Assembly (NCBI GenBank): GCA_030704615.1 | Contig: CM060731.1 | Location: forward strand, 8,308,001-8,372,000 | DNA from: Takakia lepidozioides | Taxonomy: Eukaryota; Plantae; Bryophyta | Length of the DNA: 64,000 nucleotides | Direction: 5' to 3' | Shown: piece by piece, positions 26,101 through 36,254 of the stretch | Layout of the letters: every line of letters starts with the position of its first letter | How positions within the stretch are numbered: position 1 is the stretch's first letter | The notes under the pieces: generated by a model | Seen by the model: only the letters and a program-made list of their open reading frames with translations | Database searches by the model: none | What the model was told of the DNA's origin: nothing | Made by a program: the position numbers and the translations under genes

Positions 26101-27225
26101 TTCACACTCACACAGGTGCCCCTGAAGTCCAAATATTTCACCCAGAAACATTGAAATGCTCAGCTCAAACAGTGTGCGTTGCCGCACACTGTATGAGCTG
26201 GCAGTGAAGGGTTCTTTTCACACTCACACAGGTGCCCCTGAAGTCCAAATTTTGCATCCAGAAACATTGAAATGCTCAGCTCAAACAGTGTGCGTTGCCG
26301 CACACTGTCTGAGCTGGCAGTGAAGGGTTCATTTCACACTAACATAACAGACATCAAGACCAAATTTTGAACCCTAAAACATTGAAAAGGTCTGCTCAAA
26401 CATTGTGCGTTGCCGCACGCTGTTTGAGCTGGTTTTGAAGGGTTCATTTCAACCTCAGATAACAGACAGCAAAGACCAAATTTTGCACCCAGAAACACCG
26501 AAATGCCCAGCTCAAACAGTGTGCGTTGCCGCACACTGTCTGAGCTGGCAGTGAAGGGTTCATTTCACACTCACACAGGTGCCCCTGAAGTCCAAATTTT
26601 GCACCCATAAACATTGAAATGCTCAGCTCAAACAGTGTGCGTTGCCGCACACTGTCTGGGCTGGCAGTGAAGGGTTCTTTTCACACTCACACAGGTGCCC
26701 CTGAAGTCCAAATTTTGCACCCAGAAACATTGAAATGCTCAGCTCAAACAGTGTGCGTTGCCGCACACTGTCTGGGCTGGCAGTGAAGGGTTCGTTTCAC
26801 CCTCACATAACAGACATCAAGACCAAATTTTGCAAGACCAATGGTTCTTTCTTTCACAAATACCTGCCATTCAAAGCCGAATTCTTCACAAATATGGGTC
26901 GTGTGGATTTTACCTTTTTCGTAGCTACTCGAGAAGACTCCCCAGTTGCCGGGGACGCTTTCCGCTTGGGGCTGCTCTCTTCGCCGACTATGTAGGTGAG
27001 CCTCTCCCCCTTCCTCTTTCCCGTGGTCAGATCGTTCGTGAGGCCAGTGTCAACATCTTCCTCCATGTCGTCTGTCTCTCCCTCAGACGCAGTGTCCTCC
27101 TCGCCTGTTCCTGGAACTATGGTGGGTTGTTGTTCTTCTCCAGATTCCTGCTCCTCCATCGCCACACTTTCCTGTATTCCCTCTTCTTCCTCCTTTTCCT
27201 CTTCCTCCACTCTTTCCATCCTCAT
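20114..27225 (-). CDS. ParB/Srx-domain + beta-class N4-C/N6-A DNA methyltransferase-like fusion protein (~1078 aa), MULE cargo
   Basis: Exons 27225-26914, 23849-23254, 23158-22966, 22853-22413, 22293-22070, 21928-21277, 21174-20836, 20709-20424 and 20307-20114, all GT-AG with matching phases and no internal stop. ParB motif FHVWDGNHRLLAW. MTase motifs LIILDIPDG (IV), FL.D.G.LVL, and RERSPAFIQTIVECCT...VLDLSMGTGASYHACKASARHVFGIEGD (X-I-II). The exon 1 join and a possible extra last exon (to 19730) are less certain. Confidence 0.8.
24060..26835. repeat. Tandem array of 116-bp units (23 clear copies + 1 degenerate), each with a 40-bp palindrome
   Basis: Unit AGAAACATTGAAATGCT-CAGCTCAAACAGTGTGCG-TTGC-CGCACACTGTCTGAGCTG-GCAGTGAAGGGTTCTTTTCACACTCACACAGGTGCCCCTGAAGTCCAAATATTTCACCC. 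Period checked from 24406 to 24522 (116 bp). Confidence 0.97.
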
Positions 27226-28167
27226 TCTATATCTAGCTCTATTCCTGTTTCTAGAACTCGTGAAGTATAATGACTTCCTTCTCTTTCTCCTCCGCTGGAA
27301 ACAAGGGCTCCCCACGATGCCCCTGGAGCTCTCCAGTTTGACGTTTGCAACAAGTTCTGGTATCGCATGTAACAAAAATAAAAATGGACGTTGTCAACCG
27401 TATTTGGATGCGGGTGTTGATATTGTGTGCGAACGGAATTCATCCATTTTGTCGTCTTTGTATTACCCAGCTAATAAAGCGCCGAAGAAAAAGAATATCC
27501 GTTGCATGCATTTGCGATATATGTCAGATGTGCTTCGCCGCCTGCCAATACATGGCGGCCTCCTTGCCTTCTTTCAAATTCGAATGCGCCGTAGAAATGT
27601 AGTGCTTTTTCAATTCCGAGCAGTTCTTCCAGATTCGCAATAATTGTTATGCTTCACATATGCATCCACGTGTGTTGTGCTGCATGCCCTGTGGTTTTTT
27701 TTATGCCGTGACCGTCCCCATGGGGTCATTCGGTATAAAGGATTGTGTCGGATATGACCATGTGTTGCACACATTCGTGCGAGGTATCTCTTGAAGTGTC
27801 GGTGTTTGTTCTGTGCTATTCTGGCGCAACACAATCTCATTACAATCGGATCTTCCTGTTTACTGCTCTCCAGGGTTGTTGCCGTCATTTCATAATGGAT
27901 GGTTTCATGTCAATTTCAGGGTTTGTTTTCCATCCAAAAACAGTACGGCTTCTTGTGGCTCTGGTCTTTCAAAACCGTTTTTCTGGTTGGTGGGAGGTGA
28001 ATGTGCACGTCATCCCTACATCCTTGGCATGCATCGCCGGCAGCCTTGGGTTTGGTGCTACCCTTGTTGACCTCAGTTTGCTGGTGGTATTTCCACTTTC
28101 GATAATTACGGGCTCTCAGTTCGGGGATTCCGTTCTGCATCGGCAGTTTCGTTCAGTGCTGGAAAAC
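27226..28167. promoter_or_regulatory. Probable bidirectional promoter between the MULE cargo gene and the transposase
   Basis: About 940 bp between two divergent predicted start codons; positional inference only. Confidence 0.45.
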
Positions 28168-31100
28168 ATGTCGAGGGAGCGAGATGCACTCGCTCGATTC
28201 CATTCCAATGCAGGTACTCTTCCACTGACTGCCACTGCAGACGACGATGGGTATGCAGTTGTTCATGAGGATGAGCTGGTTACAGTGTTCCCGCTGGAGT
28301 TGGGTTCTCTGCTTGTTCAGAAAGAGGTGTATGACGAGGATGGGAATTTGGATTCTGGGCACTTGGAGAAACCCTTGGTTGGCGAGTGTGGAAGGAAGTG
28401 GAGAGTCCTTCCAGGAACATACCGTGTCCTTGGAAAAGAGAGAAGACAATCAGCAGGATCAGTCGTTACCCCTGGCACTGCAGCATCGGTCGTGCAACAG
28501 AAGGGCACAGTTCCTGTGAAACAAGAGGTGAGCACATCCACTACCTTCGTTACTCTTTCGGACTCGTCCTCGGAGGATGTTTCTGAGATTCCTCCGCCAG
28601 TGCAAACTCCCTTATTGGATGATGACGAATTGCGCGAGATAACAAGTGTCATTCCAAAATTGAAAGCCCTCGCAGGTGTGCCTGGGTGCAAGAGCGAGCT
28701 ACGTTTTGTTGATTGGGAGTCCCTTCCAGTGCAACGTGTTCAATACGTGCCAGCTCAGTTTGATGGGGACATCTTGTTTGAGCTCAACCCTCCCACGTCT
28801 TCCAGTGGACTGGCTGGGCTTCTGCAGGGCATGGACAAGAAACATGACGGACATCCTTGGTGCAGGACAAAAACTTCGAACATCCATAACGACATTGGCT
28901 TGAAATTTCGGAGGTCGGTTTGCGTTGGGCATTGCAAGTGCCTGAATATTTCTTGCCCTCGGCTGAGAAACAGCGCTCAGCCAAACGAAAGTGAGTGGGA
29001 AGGTGTGCCCCTGAATCCTTTCACCCCAGGGCTTGCACCTCCCAATACCAATACTTTTGTGTGCAGGTTCTGCAAACTTTCCCCGTCCTGTGTTTCTGTT
29101 TGCCACGCTCGTATGTATCAGGTGGCACATCGATGCAAGACAATGACTCGTGCCTGCATTCATATGGGTGCACACGAGCATCCTGTGTCCAAAGGGAGTT
29201 GCAGGGATAGCGTGGACATCGCTAGAAATCTACTGAAGCAAGAGTTCCATAATGCCCCTTCTGCAACACCTTCTGCTATAGCGCTTGCAGCTAGCAAGGC
29301 ATTCCTGGAAAAACACATACTGGGTGAAGGGGATTCGACACAGCCAATGCTGGATGCAGATTCCCTTGAGGCAGTCATGGACCATTTCTCCGTGTTGAGC
29401 TCTCCCAATATTCGAAACCAGGTGAATGCACTCAGAATGGGCACAGGCACTGCTGGATTCATGGACAACATTATGGACCTCAAACGGAGGAGTCGCTATG
29501 AATTCATTCAAAACAGTATGTTCCCTGGCCAGGGCTCGTCCAAAGTGTATTTGTTCAAGATGTCCGCTGTGGGCCAAGGCAGTGGTGTGAGCATTGTCCG
29601 CCGAATGCAACCTGGAGGAGATTTGGCTAAATGTTGGTTAATGTTTGATCACTGCAAACGGGTGAAGGGTTGGACAACCATGGCGTGCCATGTGTATGAT
29701 CCAGCGTACCAGCGTGTGCTCTCCATAGCAATTTGTGATATGCAGTCGGAGGACACTGAATCCCAGATGCTCATGTGGAAGTCCCTCCTGACCGTCATGC
29801 AGCGCAATGGAATACAGAACACAAACTTTGCGGGCTTCATGGCTGATAGTGCACAGGCAAATTTCAATGCAGTGCGGCGCGTGTTTGGTTCTGGGGATCC
29901 TAAGGTCCCCATGGAAAATAGGGAGCGCACATGCCTCTTCCATTGGAGTCAATCTCTGGCACGTCATACAAAGCGCTGCATTCGCCCTGACCTTCAGTTG
30001 GAGCATAGAAGGCTCTGTCTGAAGTACAAGAATGCCACCTCAATGGGAGAAGCAGAGAGCACTTACCAGGCAATCCGGGCTTGGTGGTTCTCCGCTGGTG
30101 CTGCTACAGGTATCCACCTGAAGGAGTTGGAGGACTGGTTGGTTTTCTGGCACTTCAGGTACAGACAGTGGGGAGCTTTCATGACGACGGTAAGCCTCAC
30201 AAGTTTTCCTTAAACACAAATTGCACTTTGCATCGTGCCTGTTCATTTGGGGTTGTTCGATTGTCACTTGAATAACCTCTACCATTTCTTTTCCTTCCTC
30301 ACATTTCCATGCAATGCCTCCTGCAGGACATGTCCTTGGAGGACTTGGCCGACATGCCATCGTGTAATTTGGCAGAGACTGTTCACAACGCCTGGATGCA
30401 ACAGTCTACCAAAGCAGGTCGTGACTTGTATGTGGCCACTGCTGATGACATGGTGCGGGCACTTACACAACAAACCAGGTACCGCAATTTTCTGATGGGA
30501 CGGGGTGGAGGGAAGGGCCCCGATTCGACTTTGTTGATGCTAAGGGCTGCGAGTAGGTCCGGAGACCCGTCAAAGATGGCCAGAGCTCTAAACAGGTGCA
30601 CTGAAGGTTCCCCTCTGCAATCCAGGCTCCCCCATTTGGAAGGCGAGGAAAGATTTGGATCATGCAAAAGGAAATTAAACACTCTTCCAGGGTCAGATGG
30701 AGATTCCCATAGGCCAGACAGGGTCAATTTCTCTGTGCCAAAGGTGTCTCCAGTGCAGACTAAGTCCTGTGCCGGCCCCTTCCCAGGTGGGTCCTCCTCC
30801 TGTGGAGCAGGTGCGGAACATGCAAGCATAGCAGCGGAAATCCCATTGGAGGAGGTGGTGGCCATGGTGCAGGAATCTGATTGCATTGATAGTGACTGGC
30901 ATATAGAACGCACCCCACCAGGATCTAGAGTGGCTTGCATGGCAATTCGGACCCCCTCTTTCAAGAAATGCAAATCAAAAATATGCAAAGGCTCCAGGGG
31001 GACTCCAGCTCCAACATTCACAGGGTTGTTCCGACCTTATCATAGTGGGGAGTCAAAAGAGCACAAGTTTTGGTTCTGCCCAGACGATATGGCACGATGC

Positions 31101-31739
31101 GTGAAGGGAACAGTTCGTCCTTCCGTGATAATGAAGCCCCCTCCCCCCGCAATTTGGCCTGTGCAAATTGGGACATCGCTGTCCTCAACCGAGATAAGCA
31201 TGCTGGAGGAGGGAGGGTTTTGTCTTGCACGGTCCCGGGTGGTGCCCTTATGCACTGTCGGCACAGATGTGCCACATGCTCCGACAATGCCTCCACCCGG
31301 TGCCAACTCCCACCCAACAAAAAGAGATGGAAAAACAGTGCGCCGTGTTGCTTCGGGTGCAGATCACGAATGCAAGATGGAATCGGCTAGAATTTTGCAG
31401 GCTACGGTGGCTCGTATCACCGAAGTCCCTTCCCCGGGGTATGGACGGATTTACACAGTGCTGTCAATTGGCTCAGTTCTTCATGCCAAAGAATATCAAG
31501 TTACCATTGGGAATTTCCCATCGTGCACTTGTCCGGATTTTGTAACGATGCGTGAGGGCGCTCTCGGCATGAGAGGGAAGTGGGTCCCCTGCAAGCATCA
31601 ATATTACATATACCTTGTAATTATGTGTTGCGACGGTAAGAGAGACCAATTCATTCACCAAGCCACACTAGGCTACGGAGAAGTCATCACCCTTCTGCAG
31701 CGGGACACCTCGCGTAGAGCTCCGCCAACTTCTCTTTGA
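28168..31739 (+). CDS. Mutator-family DDE transposase with N-terminal Cys/His domain and C-terminal SWIM finger (~1144 aa), apparently intact
   Basis: Exons 28168-30189 and 30327-31739 (phase-0 GT-AG intron). Catalytic D (WLMFDHCK), D (FMADSAQANFNAVRRVF), CxxH (CLFH) and E (CNLAETVHN). SWIM YQVTIG..PSCTCPDF...CKH. The start codon is inferred; the frame is open from 27745. Confidence 0.88.
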
Positions 31740-32054
31740 ACACATACGAGCCATGCCCGCTTCCCATGCTGGTTTCCAGGTTGCCGTGTGAAGACTTTTC
31801 ATTTTATGACAAACATATACATTTCGTTCACTTGTGAGGGCAAATGCACTTGCGATTCATTGTAAGCGTCTCTCTGTGAATTGAAATAAACTGTGTCAAT
31901 CATTCTGAGCTCAAATCTGACATGTTTACATATTCCTCTTTTTTGGCACGCATTGCAGACATGGTGCATGGTGGCCTCCTTTGTTTTGTCCACGGTAATA
32001 GGCCCTCTTCCTGCAATCCTCGCCTATAGGACCTGCTTCTCCAGCAGATTCATG

Positions 32055-32158
32055 CCGCTCACGCTTCCCTGAAGCGTGAGCTCAGCTCACGCTTCAAAGC
32101 TTGAACGTGAGCTCAGCTCCCAGGCTCACGGGGCTGGGCTCACGCCGTAGCTACGCTG
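32055..32158. repeat. Right subterminal repeats of the MULE
   Basis: Several GCTCACG/CGTGAGC copies forming short palindromes such as GCGTGAGCTCAGCTCACGC. Confidence 0.8.
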
Positions 32159-32167
32159 GGGGAAATT

Positions 32168-33643
32168 CAACCAACATCAAACTGTAAAAGATCCCAAGTG
32201 TCAAGTAAATCTGGAGGAACATAAGGATAATCCAACAAATGACACAAGACATAGGGTCTGAAACAGGGACAATAGGTGAGGGAGATTGTTCAGCAGGGGA
32301 AACAAGATCACTTAAGGTAGTGTAGGGTGCAGGGATTTTGGATTCGCCTCTAGTCAAAGCATCTGCATTAACATTGTCTTTCCCATGCTTGTAGGAAGTC
32401 ATAGCCTTGCAAAATGAGAGCCCACCTAGCTAGCCTGCCAGTGAGTTCACGAGGAGTTAGCAAGGCTTTTAAAGGGTGATGGTCAGTTTCAATGGTAAAA
32501 TGATAGCCATATAAATACTGCCTAAAATATTTGACGCCAAAGATAACGGCAAGGCCTTCCTTGTCAATGATGGAGTAATTGCGTTCATGTTTATCAAGGC
32601 GGCGAGAGGCGTAGGCGATGGCATGCTCCTGACCATCTTGAATCTGGCTTAACACAACAAAGATAGCTAGATCACTGGCATCAGTTTGCAAGAGAAATGG
32701 CAAGGTAAAATCAGGATAGGCAAGCACATGAGCAAAGGTTAGTGCAATTTTGAGCTTCTCAAATGCTGACGTTTCTACAATACCCCAGACAAAATGAGCA
32801 TCCTTGGATAACAAACGAGTGAGGGGAGCAGCTAACTTGACAAACTGAAAAATGAAGCGACGATAGTAAGAACCCAAGCCTAAGAAGGCTTTAACGCATG
32901 TTTTATCCCGAGGGGCTGGATAGTTCCACACAGCTTGGATCTTGGCAGGGTCTGGACTGATGCCAGCAGCAGAAAGCAGATGGCCCAAGAAATGGAGCTA
33001 TTCCATACAGAAATCACACTTCTTGGCTTTAACCTTAAGCCCAACGGCACGAAGTCTGCACACAACCCGCTATAAATCCAACAGATGAGCATCAAACGTT
33101 GTAGAGTAAATGTTGATGTCATCTATGTAAACCAAGGCACATTCCCAACTAAGGTTTCCTAAAACGATATCCATTAGCAGTTTTCTCTTTAGCAGCAGCA
33201 GTTAAAGGAACTTGCCAAAAGCCAGAGGCTAAATCTAAGGAAGAGAAGATAGTGGCCCCATTAAGTTGATCTAGCGTTTCATTGATGCGTGGCAAAAGGT
33301 AAACATCCCTCTTAGTGATGGCATTTAAACGCCGAAAATCAACGCAAAAGCGGGTTGAGCCATCCTTTTTACCCACCAATACAATGGGACTGGCCCAAGG
33401 GGATATGGAGGGGGTAATGACACCAGCATCAAGCATTTTTTTTATCTCATCCTGAATGACTTTGCGCTCACGTACACTCTCCCTGTAGGCATGTTGTTTG
33501 ATAGACTTACCATCCGTGATGATGTCATGATCCAGAAGGGTTGTACGGCCCAAGTCATGAAGCCCTTGACTAAAGATGTCGAGGTTGTCACGTAGAAACT
33601 GGTGCAGGCGACTAATCTTCTGGGGAGCAAGGTGATCATCCAC
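32168..33643 (-). pseudogene. Host Gypsy reverse transcriptase and RNase H (frameshifted)
   Basis: SPWASPIVLVGKKDGSTRFCVDFRRLN, LDLASGFWQV, YIDD near 33120, FLGLGSYYRRFI, LQTDASD, ETDHHPLK, GRLARWALILQ, NADALTR. Part of the RT is deleted. Confidence 0.93.
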
Positions 33644-33654
33644 CTTGATATCCC

Positions 33655-34149
33655 TTAAGACTTCTGGAAATGTTGTTCTGCCTCAGGAGTAAGCGGGCCT
33701 TTGTCAGTGAAACCAGAATGAGAGGCAAATGCCTGCAGTTGGTCTACAGGGGAGTCCACCAGCCCAATATCATGAAGACTGAGACCTTGTTGTACAGAGG
33801 CCAGCTCAGACAAAGGAGAAGCAGTGAGCCTAGCAAGGACCTGACCCTTACGGACACTGATGCTGATACGTTCAGGATTAGCAATCAGTATCCTGACCTC
33901 TCCCTTGAAACCCCTGTCTAAAACCCCAGAAGCAACCAGACAGTGCTTATGGAGGGTAAGTTTCTTCCAACCCTCAATCTCAATGAAATGACCTGCAGGG
34001 CAAGCAAAAGCTAGACCTGTAGGTACTATGCGCTGAGAAAAAGTAGGGATGATGAAGTCAATAGGAGAACGTAGCAAAAGGGAATTCTTGGCCACGAGCA
34101 GGGGAGGTCCAGACTTCTTACCTGGTGGAGGGAAATGCCATTGGCACAA
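33655..34149 (-). pseudogene. dUTPase-like domain between protease and RT
   Basis: LRSPIDFIIP...IVPTGL...P.G...I...GVLDRGFKGEVRILIAN......VRKGQVLARL fits trimeric dUTPase motifs 1, 3 and 4; motif 2 is degenerate. Confidence 0.75.
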
Positions 34150-34156
34150 AGTATCA

Positions 34157-34780
34157 TCAAGTGGGGCGGAACTGGATGAACCTTGCCCAATTACAATGCA
34201 AACCCACTTGCTCCTTCATCTGCTCAGCTTGAAGCTTGAGACGAGAATAGTTGGCCATAGAGGTCCCAGCAGCAATAGTAACATGGTTTAGATTCACCTT
34301 GTAGGCCGGTTGCCCTTCACCATTGTGAACTTCACCATTGTGAAGACACATCAGATTATTCATGATGTCAATGCTGGCCTCTGCACCCTTCATCCAATCC
34401 AGACCCAGCAAAACTTGTTCACCCATGGTGACAATGCAGGTCAGCAAGACAGTTTTCCCACTAATGCGGATAGGTAAGGTGACTAGCCCAATAGGTTCAT
34501 AAGCCGTGCCATAAGCTATGGTAACTACAAGGCCATGAGCAGAGCTAATTTTTAATCCAAGAATGCGAACTGTACTAAGTGGAATGGCAGACATGGTACA
34601 GCCGGTATCAATAACACATGGAAAGGAAAGGTGGCCGACGTGACATTGTGTCATCAATGGGTGGATATGGTCCCGATTGAGACGTTTATAGGCCTCACAA
34701 TGCATGAGTTTGAAATCACGAGAAAGAACAACACTTACCAGTGTTCGGGGGCTCTTACCATGGTCATCTGGCACCCTCAC
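34157..34780 (-). pseudogene. Host Gypsy aspartic protease
   Basis: CVIDTGCTMSAI and VLLGLDWM. Confidence 0.88.
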
Positions 34781-34809
34781 AGACGACCGAGTTTGTTTAA
34801 AGGACCCTG

Positions 34810-35983
34810 CTATTTTTTGTCCCTTTGTAACTGTTCAATCAAGGCAGGCAAGTCAGATTGGTAAGGGCACCACCTGGTGTAATGCTTGGTGGACTTGCAA
34901 ATCATGCAAGCCACCACTGAGGTCCTGGTGTCATGACGCATGCCAGCATGGGCTTTTCCTTGAGGCCCCGATCTGGCAGGGACTGCAGGATTCCAGCCTA
35001 CCTCAGCTTTGAAGGCTTGCAGTTCTCCCTGGATTTCATTACAAAAAGAGGATAACTCATGCACAATGGAAGGGACCAGATCTGTTGCAATACCTTTCAC
35101 CCCAGTGTCCCCATCAGTAGGCTCTACACAGTGACTCTCACTAGCTAGATGAGTGTGTTTCGTGGTGGCAATTTTAGACAGGCTTGCCTTAGCAGCTTTG
35201 AGACGTAACATTTCTTCAATCAATTCCACCATCTCATCTTCAGTGGTGTAAGTCTGTTTTTGCATAAACACTTTCTCAGCAGGGGGCAAGCCCTTCACAA
35301 AACAATGTTTCAAAATAGCAGGTCTCTCTGATGCAATCAAAACCGACTTACAAATTGCAGTTCGTAAATCAGTGTAATATTTCCACACACTGTCGCCATA
35401 ATGAAATTTTAAGTCTGGTGTAGTGTAAGCTATGGGCTTTTCTTCACGGAAGAGCTTGCGAGTCAACTCTCTGGCTTCGACCCACGTAAGATCATTTGTC
35501 CTTAATGTTGGACTCAAACAGTTGCTTGGCTTCTCCCTTGAGACAGATCCAAAAGGACTCAAGTGACTTGGAATCGTGGGGGAACTCCATTCATTTCAAT
35601 ACTGATTTCAAAAAATTCCAAGAAGGACTCAAAATCCTCCCCTAAGTTGTACTCAGGGTATTGTTGCTTATGCATTCGCTCTCCATGATCAGATTTTTGT
35701 AGAGTAGTGTCCGGAACTGCAGATTGTTTCAGCAACATCTTCAAAATGGGGGGGGGGGATTTGAAATCACCCCCATGGTTTCACACAGCTCGTCCAAATC
35801 AAATGTGGGCTGAGGCATAGTCGCCGGATCTTTGTGATCTCCGGACGACTCTCCCCTTTCCATACTATTCTTTTCATTAGTTGTTGTCTCTTCCCTCTCC
35901 TCCGCTGCACGTTTTTCCAACTCACTCAGTCTCATTGTCTCTTCTGTTTCCTTTTCTAGCATAGATCTTGTAAATACAGGCAT
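34810..35983 (-). pseudogene. Host Gypsy gag (frameshifted)
   Basis: Successive ORFs with FVKGLP and the zinc knuckle CMICKSTKHYTRWC, directly upstream of the protease. Confidence 0.75.
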
Positions 35984-36254
35984 TAGAAGAGAAGGACACG
36001 GCTACCTGTCCGAAGGAGCACTAAGCTGTGAGTCCCACCCAGACACACAGTGGGAGGTGATGAAGCGGTGCTTGTGCAGCAAGTACACTCCTTCTCCCAA
36101 GAATGCCCACACTTCTTCTTCACCCTTGAGCCAAAAAGCCACGCGCACTATGTTGTGCACCACTTTCTCTTTCACCAGCAGCGTGTGGGCTGGATATGTC
36201 TGCGCTTCTTCGGCCTTGTAGAGACCTACTGTTTCACGCCAAAAACACATCCCC

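Larger units (their letters stand above)
19327..32158 (+). mobile_element. Mutator-like (MULE) DNA transposon, 12.8 kb, with a cargo gene and an internal palindromic satellite
   Basis: 9-bp TSD GGGGAAATT at 19318-19326 and 32159-32167. Removing the element rejoins the host Gypsy frame (..MLVEFP|WYWHEF..). Subterminal CGTGAGC/GCTCACG clusters at both ends; encodes a MULE transposase. Confidence 0.9.

Noticed and set aside
23994-26650. Short ORFs within the satellite
   Set aside because: By-products of the 116-bp repeat; the period is not a multiple of 3 and frames are broken.
24060-26835. CRISPR array
   Set aside because: The repeats are palindromic, but the intervening sequence is nearly identical between units (no unique spacers), there are no cas genes and the context is eukaryotic.
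27745-28167. Hydrophobic N-terminal extension of the transposase ORF
   Set aside because: The track start is a non-ATG codon and the T-rich sequence looks like leader or intron; ATG 28168 is preferred but not proven.
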